From: Pirellulaceae bacterium
GTDB taxonomy: Bacteria > Planctomycetota > Planctomycetia > Pirellulales > Pirellulaceae
Direction of reading: 5' to 3'
NCBI GenBank assembly: GCA_033761895.1
Contig: JANRMD010000115.1
Coordinates: 6,926 to 70,925 of the forward strand
DNA length: 64,000 nt
Part shown: positions 28,700 through 38,716 of the stretch, one piece after another
Layout: the number at the start of each line of letters is the position of its first letter
Position numbering within the stretch: position 1 is the stretch's first letter
Position numbers and translations under genes: made by a program
Notes under the pieces: generated by a model
What the model was told of the DNA's origin: nothing
Databases searched by the model: none
Seen by the model: only the letters and a program-made list of their open reading frames with translations

Positions 28700-29157
28700 C
28701 CGCAGAACTAGTGTTCATGATGGGTAGTTTTGAAGCTCGCTTTCCAACCGATCGACTTTACGCCAAGAACCACATGTGGGCTGAGCAGCGCGAGCCATCG
28801 GTGTATCGCTGTGGGCTGACGGCCTATGCGGTTCGCTTGCTTCAAGATGTGTACTTTTTGGATCTTGTTGTAGAAGCGGACATGCCCGTGAAACTGCGGC
28901 AAGAAATTGGTTCCATCGAGAGCAAAAAAGCCGAGAGCAGTCTGTACAGTCCGCTTGCAGGGACGATTACCTGCGTTAATGATCAATTGCTGCAAGATCC
29001 GACCTCGATCAATTTGGATAAATACGGCGCGGGCTGGTTCTTTGAAGTGAAAAGTGACGACGCAACACTGCTGAGTCCAACGGAATACATCGAGCATCTG
29101 AAGGCCGCTTGGGAGGTTGCCCAGCGGACAATTAAGGGACAAGCCAATGCTGAATAG
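28696..29157 (+). CDS. Glycine cleavage H-protein-like lipoyl carrier
   Basis: YAKNHMW, GSIESKKAESSLYSPLAG (lipoyl-Lys position retained) and INLDKYGAGWF. ATGA overlap with the radical SAM gene. Confidence 0.85.
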   Translation: MTAELVFMMGSFEARFPTDRLYAKNHMWAEQREPSVYRCGLTAYAVRLLQDVYFLDLVVEADMPVKLRQEIGSIESKKAESSLYSPLAGTITCVNDQLLQDPTSINLDKYGAGWFFEVKSDDATLLSPTEYIEHLKAAWEVAQRTIKGQANAE

Positions 29158-30229
29158 CGAATTGACGATTGTGATCTCACAAGGGCAGAGCCGAAGTCCC
29201 GATAAACGTGACTTGGAGCAAGCGATCGCCGATGGCGCCGCACAGCTGAACGGTGTGCGCGTGCTCAAAGTTCCTCACCTCTACGATTTGCCCAAAGATA
29301 GTGAAACTTACAAAACCCTGCGAGCCTTAGAGGGTGACTTGATTGTCTTGTCCTGGTTGTTTGATCGAGCCACCCACTGGACGCTTGACCGACAGGGCGT
29401 GCGTGGCCAAGTTGGTGAGGTACTACTCAAGCAAGAGCATGATGACGAGGAAGAGGAATCGGCCGAACCCGAAGATTTAGAGCGAGTTACCGATAGCCAA
29501 CCGCGTTCGAATCGCAAAATTTATTGCATCGATTTCCGCGCTAGCCAAAAGGCCACAGACTTCATCGAAGAATTCGAGCGAATCATCGCTGACCGACAAT
29601 CCAATTGGTTAAAGGGCGAAGCCACCAGCGAACAGATGGCTCGTTTCGAGCAACCGACGAACAACACCTACGTCGGAGCACCATCGATTGGAACACCTGC
29701 CGTTCCAGCGGAATCTGCGATAAGTGTTTTGTTCGGTACAAATTCTGTGGCCACTATCGACGAGCATCCCGGTCGGCGTTGGTACCCAGTGATCGATTTC
29801 AGTCGATGCACAAATTGCATGGAGTGCATCGATTTTTGTTTGTTTGGGGTCTATGGCGTCGATACGGTAGAAACGATCGTTGTCGAGCAACCGGATAATT
29901 GTCGAAAGGGTTGCCCGGCCTGCAGTCGTGTTTGTCCACAGAATGCGATCATCTTTCCGCAGCATAAAACGCCCGCGATCGCCGGGGCTCCAGTTGATAC
30001 CGGTGGCATGAAGATCGATTTATCCAAGTTATTCGGTGCACCCGATGAGGGCGAAGACGCCATCGCAGTCGCAGCTCGCGAGCGGGACGAGCAACTGATC
30101 CTGGCCGGCCGTCAGGCAGTTGGGCTTTCCGAGGGCATTAGTGATCGCTTGGCCAAGCAATCTGAGGCATCCAAGAAACATGACGAGTTGGACGACTTGA
30201 TCGACCAGCTCGACTCGTTGGACCTGTAA
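29147..30229 (+). CDS. 2x[4Fe-4S] ferredoxin-domain protein with uncharacterised N-terminal domain
   Basis: CTNCMECIDFC and CRKGCPACSRVCP motifs; acidic linker; 11-bp overlap with the upstream gene. Confidence 0.82.
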   Translation: MLNSELTIVISQGQSRSPDKRDLEQAIADGAAQLNGVRVLKVPHLYDLPKDSETYKTLRALEGDLIVLSWLFDRATHWTLDRQGVRGQVGEVLLKQEHDDEEEESAEPEDLERVTDSQPRSNRKIYCIDFRASQKATDFIEEFERIIADRQSNWLKGEATSEQMARFEQPTNNTYVGAPSIGTPAVPAESAISVLFGTNSVATIDEHPGRRWYPVIDFSRCTNCMECIDFCLFGVYGVDTVETIVVEQPDNCRKGCPACSRVCPQNAIIFPQHKTPAIAGAPVDTGGMKIDLSKLFGAPDEGEDAIAVAARERDEQLILAGRQAVGLSEGISDRLAKQSEASKKHDELDDLIDQLDSLDL

Positions 30230-30274
30230 ACGCTGTGAGGACGCAAATCGACTATCTCAGCAGCCTGCAAGTGA

Positions 30275-31069
30275 TTAACCCAGTGCTGCGATTAACTCTT
30301 GGGCCAGTTGCTCTACTCCGGCGAGGGCCAGTTCAGGGTCGGCAACTTCGGCAAATCGGCGAACGATGGCTGAGCCGACGATCAACCCATCGGCGACTGG
30401 GGCCAGCAGCTTCACATGCTCGGGGCGGCTGATGCCGAAGCCGATGCAGATTGGAATCTCAACCCGTTCTCGCAGCCAAGAGACTTTTTCAAGCAAACCC
30501 GGTGGCAGTTCATTGCGTTCACCGGTGATGCCTGTAATCGAAACGAAGTACACAAACCCGCTCGACAGCTCCGCGATTCGCAGCATACGCTCTGGGGTGG
30601 TGGTTGGGGTGACCAAGTGAATTAAGCTGAAGTCTTCGCGCCGACAGATTTTTCGTAAATCGTCAGCTTCTTCAGCCAACAGGTCGGGCACGATGGCGCC
30701 TGAGAAACCTGCGGCACGCGCGTCCGCCACATAGCGCTCCATCCCCATACGGTGAATCACTGCATAGCTGACCATTGACACGAGGGGCATCTGTAGTCTT
30801 GGGGTCACTTCGCGGACTGTGTCGAAGATATCCTTCAGTTTGATACCGGCGTTCAGGGCACGGGTGTAGGAAGCTTGGATTACAGGTCCATCTGCAATTG
30901 GGTCGCTATAGGGAATTCCAACTTCAGCGATCGCACTTCCGCATGCAGACAGTTTTTCGAGCAACCGCGCGGTCATCGGCAATGAGGGATCGCCTGCCGT
31001 TACGAATGGCAAGAACGCTTTCTTGCCGGTGCTGCGAAGTTGTTTAAATCGATCATCGATAGCGGACAT
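30275..31069 (-). CDS. trpA: Tryptophan synthase alpha chain
   Basis: PFVTAGDP, EVGIPYSDPIADGPVIQ, SITGITG and IGFGIS motifs. Confidence 0.97.
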   Translation of the reverse strand: MSAIDDRFKQLRSTGKKAFLPFVTAGDPSLPMTARLLEKLSACGSAIAEVGIPYSDPIADGPVIQASYTRALNAGIKLKDIFDTVREVTPRLQMPLVSMVSYAVIHRMGMERYVADARAAGFSGAIVPDLLAEEADDLRKICRREDFSLIHLVTPTTTPERMLRIAELSSGFVYFVSITGITGERNELPPGLLEKVSWLRERVEIPICIGFGISRPEHVKLLAPVADGLIVGSAIVRRFAEVADPELALAGVEQLAQELIAALG

Positions 31070-31109
31070 GAGGTGAGGTTTCTAGGTCTAAGTGGCATAA
31101 GCTTGGGGG

Positions 31110-32324
31110 CTAGTATTCTAATCCGCGAAGGCGAGCGATTTCGGCAGCATCCTTATCGCCGCGGCCGCTTAGGCAGACCAAGACAATCTTGTCTCGACTC
31201 AGCGTGGCGGCGACTTCCATGGCTTTGGAGATACCATGCGAGGATTCGAGAGCGGGCAGGATACCCTCCATTTTCGCAACTTTGTCGAATGTCTCGAGGG
31301 CAGCACCATCGCGGCAGTAGCTGTATTCGACGCGACCATTGTCTTTCCAGTAACTATGTTCTGGACCAACGCCGGGGTAATCCAAACCTGCCGAAATCGA
31401 ATGTACGGGAGACGTTTGACCATCTTCGTCTTGCATCACATAGCTATAACTGCCGTGCAGCACACCGGGCATGCCAAACGACAGGGGCGAAGCGTGTTCG
31501 CCAGCTTTGCTGGACAGTCCACCCGCTTCGACACCGATCAACTTGACCTCGTCATCATCGACAAACGGGTAGAACATACCGGCTGCATTGGATCCGCCGC
31601 CAACGCATGCGATGACCGTGTCGGGCAAACGATTGAAGACCTCTAGGCTTTGCTGTCGAGCTTCGCGGCCGATCACGGATTGAAAATCGCGGACCATCAT
31701 CGGAAATGGATGGGGGCCGATGACCGAACCAATGATGTAGTGGGTTGTTTCAACCGAAGACATCCAGTCTCGCATGGCTTCGTTTACGGCGTCGCGCAGC
31801 GTTTGCGAACCGCTGGTGACGGGCCGTACTTCCGTGCCCATCAGTCGCATGCTGAAGACGTTGGGGCGTTGGCGTCGCACATCTTCGGCACCCATATAGA
31901 CCACGCAGGGCAGTCCAAAGTGGGCACAAGCGGTCGCGCTGGCGACGCCATGCTGTCCAGCGCCCGTCTCGGCGATCACCCGCTTCTTGCCCATTCGCAA
32001 TGTCAGCAACGCTTGGCCGAGTGTGTTATTGATCTTGTGTGCACCGGTATGATTTAGGTCTTCACGCTTGAACCAAATCTGTGCGCCACCGGCGAGGTCG
32101 CTTAAGCGTTTGGCGTGGTACAAAGGCGAAGGGCGACCCACAAAAGTCTTCAGCAGATGATCCAACTCCGCCTTGAATTTTGGGTCCTTTTGAGCTGATG
32201 CGTATTCGGCTTCCAGTTCAACGAGTGCCCGCGTCAGTGTTTCGGGTACAAAGCGACCACCGAATTCGCCGAAGCGACCGCGTTGGTCAGGTACTTGGCT
32301 GAGCGTCTTGTCTGCAACAGTCAT
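31110..32324 (-). CDS. trpB: Tryptophan synthase beta chain
   Basis: [32 protein letters not shown] and LSGRGDKD motifs. Confidence 0.98.
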   Translation of the reverse strand: MTVADKTLSQVPDQRGRFGEFGGRFVPETLTRALVELEAEYASAQKDPKFKAELDHLLKTFVGRPSPLYHAKRLSDLAGGAQIWFKREDLNHTGAHKINNTLGQALLTLRMGKKRVIAETGAGQHGVASATACAHFGLPCVVYMGAEDVRRQRPNVFSMRLMGTEVRPVTSGSQTLRDAVNEAMRDWMSSVETTHYIIGSVIGPHPFPMMVRDFQSVIGREARQQSLEVFNRLPDTVIACVGGGSNAAGMFYPFVDDDEVKLIGVEAGGLSSKAGEHASPLSFGMPGVLHGSYSYVMQDEDGQTSPVHSISAGLDYPGVGPEHSYWKDNGRVEYSYCRDGAALETFDKVAKMEGILPALESSHGISKAMEVAATLSRDKIVLVCLSGRGDKDAAEIARLRGLEY

Positions 32325-32351
32325 ATCTCGTTCATTCAGTGAGGTGTTTAT

Positions 32352-33983
32352 CTAACCCTGCAGCCACGTTGGCAGTTTGCCGGCTGGTGGCAATTGGATC
32401 GGCTGCACACGGCTGATGCCACGCAGTGCCAACAGTTCTTGCAGAGACGCTACGGTGGGCTGGCTATCGAGGTTGAGAACACCGATCGCGTCACCGCCTT
32501 GTTGTGTACCACTTCGCCCGACAGCCATCTGAGCAATGTTGACTTGGTGTTTTCCAAATACGGTTCCGACGTGGCCAATGATCCCAGGCATATCAGTATG
32601 GGTGAAGATCAAGAGGTTACCATCGATGTAAGCCTCCAACCGGTAATCATCTAGCATAACTAGTCGTGGCATGTTGTGGCCAAAAACGGTTCCCGATGCC
32701 TTAACGGTTCGTTCGCCGCCGCGCACTTCTGCGGTGATAGTTGAGGAAAATGCACCTTTTTCATGGCTGCGAACTTCCTTCAACTCGATACCGCGTTCGA
32801 GCAGCAGCATTTCAGCATTGATAATGTTCACGTCTTCCATCGCGCGTTCGAGCAGGCCGACGCAAAAGGCGTTGGTTAGCAACTTGACTTCGCGATCCGC
32901 CACTTCGCCACGATACGTTAGGGTACAACCCGAGACCGATCCGCCATGCCATTGACTGAGCATCAAGCCCATACGATGCGCGACGTCGAGGTAGCTGCGG
33001 AGAGCGTCGAGGGTTTTGGGATCGATGGATGCGACGTTCACCGCATGCCGAATTTCGCCAGTCTTGAAGAAATTGATCAGCAGTTGGATACCTTCGACAG
33101 CAACCTGAGTTTGAGCCTCCTCAGTGCTGGCGCCCAAATGCGGCGTGCACACAACGTTGGGCATACCGAACAGCGGGCTGTTGGAGCAGGGTTCTTCCTC
33201 GAACACATCCAGCGCCACACCACCAATCTTGCCGCTCTTCAAGCCCTCGACCAAGGCAGCCTCTTCATAAATACCGCCGCGCGCACAGTTAATTAACCGA
33301 ACCCCGGGCTTTAGAATGTCCAGTTCCTTCATCCCCACCAAGTATTTGGTTTCGGTTGTTAAGGGGGTATGCACCGTCAAGTAATCTACTTTGGGCAGCA
33401 TCTCGGCCACGGTCTCCGCCCGCAAAATCCCGAGCTTAGTCGCTTGTTCCGGAGCCAAAAATGGATCGAAGGCGATCACTCGCATGCCGAACGCCAGCGC
33501 TCGCATCGCCACTTCTCGACCGATGCGACCAAAGCCGACGACTCCCAGAGTTTTGTCAGCGACTTGCGTCCCCATATAGCTTTTGCGATCCCACTTGCCG
33601 TTGCACAAGCTCTGATAGGCGGGAGCAATTGAGCGCGAAAGTGCGAGCAGCAATGTGAAGGCGTGCTCGGCCGTTGAGAGCGTATTGCCGGCTGGAGTAT
33701 TCATGACCACGATGCCTTGGCGGGTCGCAGCATCTTTGTCAATGTTGTCGGTTCCAACTCCTGCGCGAACCAAAGCCTTCAAACGCTTGTTGCCTTCAAG
33801 CGATTCGGCGGTGATCTTCACGCCGCTACGCAGGATCGCACCATCGAACTGACGGAGCGTATCACGCAGTTCGGTGCCCTTCAGTCCAATACACTCTTGA
33901 TATTCAAAATCGGATTCTGTCTTCAGCAGAGCGATGCCTTCGTCGGCAATAGAATCCAAAACAGCGATACGAAACTTAGCCAC
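32352..33983 (-). CDS. serA: D-3-phosphoglycerate dehydrogenase (with ASB and ACT domains)
   Basis: RAGVGTDNID, GFGRIG, NCARGG and TPHLGAST; C-terminal ACT domain HTDMPGIIG...NIAQM. Confidence 0.96.
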   Translation of the reverse strand: MAKFRIAVLDSIADEGIALLKTESDFEYQECIGLKGTELRDTLRQFDGAILRSGVKITAESLEGNKRLKALVRAGVGTDNIDKDAATRQGIVVMNTPAGNTLSTAEHAFTLLLALSRSIAPAYQSLCNGKWDRKSYMGTQVADKTLGVVGFGRIGREVAMRALAFGMRVIAFDPFLAPEQATKLGILRAETVAEMLPKVDYLTVHTPLTTETKYLVGMKELDILKPGVRLINCARGGIYEEAALVEGLKSGKIGGVALDVFEEEPCSNSPLFGMPNVVCTPHLGASTEEAQTQVAVEGIQLLINFFKTGEIRHAVNVASIDPKTLDALRSYLDVAHRMGLMLSQWHGGSVSGCTLTYRGEVADREVKLLTNAFCVGLLERAMEDVNIINAEMLLLERGIELKEVRSHEKGAFSSTITAEVRGGERTVKASGTVFGHNMPRLVMLDDYRLEAYIDGNLLIFTHTDMPGIIGHVGTVFGKHQVNIAQMAVGRSGTQQGGDAIGVLNLDSQPTVASLQELLALRGISRVQPIQLPPAGKLPTWLQG

Positions 33984-34079
33984 AGTCGAACCTTCAATTC
34001 TTGAAACGTAGCAAAGGCATGCTCTGTCTTGATTGCAATCCAGTGAACAATAACAAGCAGGGCCTTTACTACAGAGATG

Positions 34080-35189
34080 CTAGGCATTCTTCTTTGCGAA
34101 ATCTGTCATGTACTGAGCCAATGCTTGAACGCCTTCCAGCGGCATCGCATTGTAGATACTGGCGCGAATACCACCGACACTGCGATGTCCTTTAAGGTTA
34201 TCCATGCCCTGGTCAGCTGCCCCAGCTAAGAACTGCTTTTCAGCTTGTTCGTTCGCGAAGCGGAAGGTGACGTTCATTAACGATCGATCAGACTTTTGCG
34301 CGTGCCCGATGTAAAACTCTGGGAACTGATCCAAAACGTCGTACAGCAGTTTGCATTTTTGCTGGTTGATTTTCAGCATGTTGTCCAGGCCGCCGATGGT
34401 TTCTTCCAGCCATTCCGCGACCAAGCCAAGTGCATAGACCGCAAACGTGGGAGGTGTGTTCCACATCGAGTCGTTTTCAGAGTGATTCTTGAAGCTCAAA
34501 TAACCTGGCAGGTCTTTGGCAGAGCGTTCCAATAACTCGCGCTTGATAACCACTACCGTCACGCCTGCTGGACCAGCATTCTTTTGAGCGCAAGCATACA
34601 TCAGACCATAGCGGTTGATGTTGTAAGGACGATACATGAAGTCGCTTGAAGAGTCGCAAACCAGCGGAGCCGAACCGGTATCGAGGTCCGAAGGAAATTG
34701 AACACCTTGGATCGTCTCGTTGCTGGTGATGTGAACGTAAGAAGCATCGGGCTTGATCGTCAGTTCGTTGGCTTTGGGCAAGCGATCGTAGTTGGTGGCT
34801 TTCGAGTCGTAGATAACTTCGACTGGGCCTTCTTTTTTGGCTTCATCGAGAGCCGATTTGCCCCAGGTTCCGGTAATCACATACTGAGCGGCTTGCGTCC
34901 GGCCCTTCAGCAGATTGATTGGGATCATCGAGAACTGCAGTCGAGCCCCACCTTGGAGGAACAGAATATCGTAGCTTTCATCGACGCCGAGCAGACGTGC
35001 GAGGCGAGCTTTGGCCCCCTCTTGAATGTCAATGAATTGCTGGCTGCGGTGGGAAATCTCTAGAATCGAAGCCCCAGCGCCTGGCAAGCACAGCATTTCT
35101 TCCTGAATGCGCTGCAGGACTGGGACCGGCATGACCGCGGGCCCCGCCGAGAAGTTGTAAATTCGCTCTTGAGTGACCTGGGATGCCAT
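34080..35189 (-). CDS. serC: Phosphoserine aminotransferase
   Basis: NFSAGPA, SNETIQG, ACAQKNAGPAG, NTPP and GHRSVGGIRASIYNA motifs. Confidence 0.97.
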   Translation of the reverse strand: MASQVTQERIYNFSAGPAVMPVPVLQRIQEEMLCLPGAGASILEISHRSQQFIDIQEGAKARLARLLGVDESYDILFLQGGARLQFSMIPINLLKGRTQAAQYVITGTWGKSALDEAKKEGPVEVIYDSKATNYDRLPKANELTIKPDASYVHITSNETIQGVQFPSDLDTGSAPLVCDSSSDFMYRPYNINRYGLMYACAQKNAGPAGVTVVVIKRELLERSAKDLPGYLSFKNHSENDSMWNTPPTFAVYALGLVAEWLEETIGGLDNMLKINQQKCKLLYDVLDQFPEFYIGHAQKSDRSLMNVTFRFANEQAEKQFLAGAADQGMDNLKGHRSVGGIRASIYNAMPLEGVQALAQYMTDFAKKNA

Positions 35190-35302
35190 GAGCGTGTATT
35201 CCTGCCGATAAAGTCAATTCTTGGGGTTGGTGAAAAGGCCCATTCTACGAATGAAGTTCGTACTGCGGAAGAACCAACGCAATGGCCGGGCCGCGCCTGC
35301 CC

Positions 35303-35372
35303 GTGGGTCGCTTCTGCCGTGCCGCATCTAGGTGGGTCGCATCTAGGTGGGTCGCTTCTGCCGGATGCGACC
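35303..35372. repeat. REP-like cluster (GTGGGTCGC x3; GCATCTAGGTGGGTC duplication)
   Basis: GTGGGTCGC units start at 35303, 35332 and 35347. A GGTCGC...GCGACC hairpin is present. A related palindrome GTCGCACTTGGCAAGTGCGAC lies at 51230-51250. Confidence 0.6.
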
Positions 35373-35471
35373 GAACGACCGCTGGAGGCACCTGCTCGCT
35401 TCTGCCCGGATCCACCGCTCTGTTGGATACTACCTGTGGTTGCCAAATGCAGGCCGCGTGCGCACCAACCC

Positions 35472-36224
35472 TCAATATCGCGAAGGCTGATTTGGGTTCG
35501 GGTTCTGCACTGTCCAACCACCATTGGGGGGTGCGCCAGGTTGTCCCATGGTCGACATCGTGTTTTGGGCCATCTTCACATTGAGAGACGCAACGCGTTG
35601 GTAGAGTTCGGGTTGCAAGCTATTGATTGCTAAACTTTGGTTGTAATTCTGCAAAGCTTGATTCAAATCTCCTGAGGCTTCACGCATTTGCCCCCGCGCC
35701 GTCCAAGCTCGATGGTCATTAGGGTTGATTGCAAGCGCTTCATCCAGATACTGTTCAGCCACTTTGGCTTGCCCGAATTCTTGATGCAGGCGGCTGAGTT
35801 CGATGCGAGCGTCCGCTAGTTGCGGGTTCTTGGCGGCCCAATTCTTGAGTAGCTTCATCGCTAACTCGGGGCGCCCAGACTCGGCCAGCAAAACAGCCAG
35901 CCCTCGATGGCAGTCCACGTGATTGGGCTGGAGATCCAAGCATTGGTTGTACAGCGATTCGGCTTGGGTGATCAGTTCATTGTCTTTTTTGGCAACTCCG
36001 AGTTTGTGATAAGTCGACGCGAGGTTGTAATAGGTGTCGGGATTTGACGGATCGGAAACCTGAGCGGTCTGAAATTGCTGCAGGGCTTCGGCGTAGCGGC
36101 CTTGCTGATAAAGTCGGACGCCTAACGTGTTTTGCCCCATGCTCGTCATGCGGCATCCGCTGGCTGAAAAGACACAAAGCATGAGGCCGAAGAGGTTTAT
36201 CGCTAGTTTCGTCGAGCCTTGCAT
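35472..36224 (-). CDS. Tetratricopeptide repeat lipoprotein
   Basis: Lipobox-like SASGC; several TPR units (YQQGRYAEALQQF, YYNLASTYH, ALAINPNDH). Start placed at ATG 36224. Confidence 0.88.
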   Translation of the reverse strand: MQGSTKLAINLFGLMLCVFSASGCRMTSMGQNTLGVRLYQQGRYAEALQQFQTAQVSDPSNPDTYYNLASTYHKLGVAKKDNELITQAESLYNQCLDLQPNHVDCHRGLAVLLAESGRPELAMKLLKNWAAKNPQLADARIELSRLHQEFGQAKVAEQYLDEALAINPNDHRAWTARGQMREASGDLNQALQNYNQSLAINSLQPELYQRVASLNVKMAQNTMSTMGQPGAPPNGGWTVQNPNPNQPSRY

Positions 36225-36540
36225 GCCACAGTTCCTCCAGTTGATCCGAGTTAGTTGATCGATTCGGATTAGTCGAAAACCGAGCAAGCAGTTGAAGGGT
36301 CGAAGTTGGTTGTGAGCTCAACTTGAGAAAATCTGCCGGTTTAGGTGCGACTTTAGTAAAAAAGTCAGCGCGGACTCAATAGGAATCGGCTGCTAGCAAT
36401 CCCGCAACGTTGAGGTAATTCTGCAGCGCATTTTCGCGATCGAGATGGATTCCGCTACTCAAGCTCTCTGGTTTGGCCTCGTCATGTCACCGGGCCGTGG
36501 ATGCGAGTGTCCGCTTGACGACCGCTTGGCCACCGCTTAA

Positions 36541-36564
36541 CCACCGCTTGGCAGCGGTGGCTAC
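36541..36564 (-). repeat. GTAG-type REP (GTAGCCACCGCTGCCAAGCGGTGG)
   Basis: GTAG plus a perfect 8-bp stem on the - strand, next to degenerate CCGCTT repeats from ~36511. Confidence 0.7.
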
Positions 36565-36639
36565 GGAAAGCAACAGCCAGCATTTTGAATTCGTTTAGAA
36601 GTCGTTTAGAAATTCAAGTACTGCGACAGGACTCAGCCG

Positions 36640-37392
36640 TTACTCAACTGAAATGGGATTGCCCGCAAGGATTTCGGCGATGTGCATTGTCCGCAAAGGG
36701 ATCTTGCGCCTGCGGACAATGCCTTCCATGTGCATCAAGCAGCTGGCGTCGGTGGCGGTCATGACTTCAGCCCCGGCCGACACATGATCGGCAATACGAT
36801 CGGCACCCATGAGAACGGAGACTGCCTCTTCAGCCACCGCGAATGTTCCACCAAATCCACAGCATTCATCACCCCGCTTGAGTTCGACTAGCTCAAGGGC
36901 TTCCACCATATTGAGTAGCTTGCGGACTTTGCTCGGTTGGCTGCGCATCAGCTCCGAGCAAGCATCGAGGCGCAATTCTCTCAGGCCATGGCAACTGCTG
37001 TGCAGTCCTACGCGATGTGGAAATCGAACAGGCATGCTCTCGACATTCAAGACATCGACCAGGAATTCACACAGTTCCCAAGTGTGGGTCTTCAACCGCT
37101 CGTAACGCGCGTCGGACTGGAAATAGTTCTCGTAGTGGTTTCTGACCATCGACACGCAGCTGCCCGACGGGCAAACCACATGTTCATAATCACTGAAAAT
37201 CTCCAGAAAGCGTTCCGCCAGCGGTCGCGTGTCGTCTAAGCAGCCCGTATTAGCCATCGGCTGGCCGCAACAAGTTTGCGCTTCTGGAAAGTCGACTTCG
37301 ATGCCCAAGCGTTCCAGGATTTTGACAGTCGCCATACCAATCTGCGGATAGAACTGGTCAACGTAACAGGGGATGAAGAGGCCAACACGCAT
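36640..37392 (-). CDS. lutA: LutA/YkgE-family (Fe-S)-binding protein (two CCG domains)
   Basis: FIPCYVD, QTCCGQP, SGSCVSM, HSSCHGLR, ECCGFGGTF and DASCLMH motifs. Confidence 0.88.
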   Translation of the reverse strand: MRVGLFIPCYVDQFYPQIGMATVKILERLGIEVDFPEAQTCCGQPMANTGCLDDTRPLAERFLEIFSDYEHVVCPSGSCVSMVRNHYENYFQSDARYERLKTHTWELCEFLVDVLNVESMPVRFPHRVGLHSSCHGLRELRLDACSELMRSQPSKVRKLLNMVEALELVELKRGDECCGFGGTFAVAEEAVSVLMGADRIADHVSAGAEVMTATDASCLMHMEGIVRRRKIPLRTMHIAEILAGNPISVE

Positions 37393-37437
37393 GGGAGGAT
37401 TCGCTGGATGTAAGGAATAAGGAGTAAGGTGTAAGGG

Positions 37438-38238
37438 TTACTTGCGCAGTGTTGCGACCAAGGGCAGGTGATCGGACGCGATGGGCTCATTTAGCACTTC
37501 CACCGCATGTACTTTCCAGGGGCAGTCTTGCTGAAGCAAAATGTAGTCGATCTTAAGTGTCGGTTTCGCTACGGGAATTGTTGGCGTTAATTTAGTCGCG
37601 TCAACGTCTATCCATTTTTCGACGATGGTTTTCATTTCTGCGCTTTTTATGGTCGCGTTAAAGTCACCTGCCAGTATGGCTTGGCTTGGCCCGTTGCCGA
37701 ACAGTCTTCGCAAGGTGTCGGTTTGTTTCGCACGATCGTTCTCGCCCGAGCTGTGATCAAGATGCGTGCAGACAAAGACAAATTTCTCACTTTCGCTTGG
37801 CTGCACGACGACTTCCAAGGCTACCCGCTGTTCGCGTTTGTTTCCCGACGGCAACTGCCACGTCTTATGCGCTATAACTGGCAACTTCGACAGTATTCCG
37901 ACTCCATATTCGCCGCCGCCATAATCGATCGCTTTGCCGAAAAACGGCTTCATTCCTGTTAGTTCTGAGAGTCTTGCGAGTTGATCGACCTGTTGGGAAC
38001 GGTTGGTGTTGCGATCGATTTCCTGGAGTGCAACCAAATCGCAATTCTGGCTGTTGATGATGGAGGCGATTCGTTCCAAATCAAGTTTTCCATCCGTTCC
38101 CTCGCCATGATGGATGTTGTAGGTCATCAGTCGCAGTTCGGTGGGTTCGGAAGCTGCTGCCAGACGCACTCCGATCAGTACCAGGGTCAAGCAAGCCAGC
38201 GATCTAGCCAGTTGGTGCAAGCGATGTCGGGTACGCAT
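37438..38238 (-). CDS. Endonuclease/exonuclease/phosphatase family protein (exported)
   Basis: TYNIHHG, LQEID, THLDH, AGDFN and SDHLP motifs; signal peptide. Confidence 0.9.
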   Translation of the reverse strand: MRTRHRLHQLARSLACLTLVLIGVRLAAASEPTELRLMTYNIHHGEGTDGKLDLERIASIINSQNCDLVALQEIDRNTNRSQQVDQLARLSELTGMKPFFGKAIDYGGGEYGVGILSKLPVIAHKTWQLPSGNKREQRVALEVVVQPSESEKFVFVCTHLDHSSGENDRAKQTDTLRRLFGNGPSQAILAGDFNATIKSAEMKTIVEKWIDVDATKLTPTIPVAKPTLKIDYILLQQDCPWKVHAVEVLNEPIASDHLPLVATLRK

Positions 38239-38531
38239 AGGGGAATCGTTCTAATTGGAAAAGTTTCAAGTGGGCTGGGACCATTTGTCTCAGCTTTGCT
38301 TGTGGGCGTCTAAGTCTACACTTCAATGGAGCTAGAGTTTGGGACCAGGGTCCTGGGATGCAATTCGCGGTGGCCTTTGGCGGGAAGTTGAACTGTAGGT
38401 GTCTTCAATGGCATGCGGTCCGCCTTTCTGTTCTCGTGTCGGTAAAAGAGTCGAGTTATTGCCAATCGGAAACGGTCGATCTGCGGAACCTAATGGCGGT
38501 TGACGCTTCTTAAAACAGGAAAACCTTGGCG

Positions 38532-38560
38532 TTGATATAGCAGAAACCGGGTCCTATACT
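38532..38560 (+). promoter_or_regulatory. Putative sigma70-type promoter
   Basis: TTGATA (38532-38537), 17-bp spacer, TATACT (38555-38560), upstream of the 38717 gene. Confidence 0.5.
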
Positions 38561-38716
38561 TACGATACATAGCAACACAAGTTAATGATATCTTGGCACG
38601 AAGCCGATTACGCTGATTTTGGGGCGCATCGAACCGAGCGAGTTTGAGGCCATTTAGCGCGGCGGCGCGTAGATGCCCGCCAGGTGGGGAGAGTTGGGTT
38701 GAGTACCAAATCAAAA

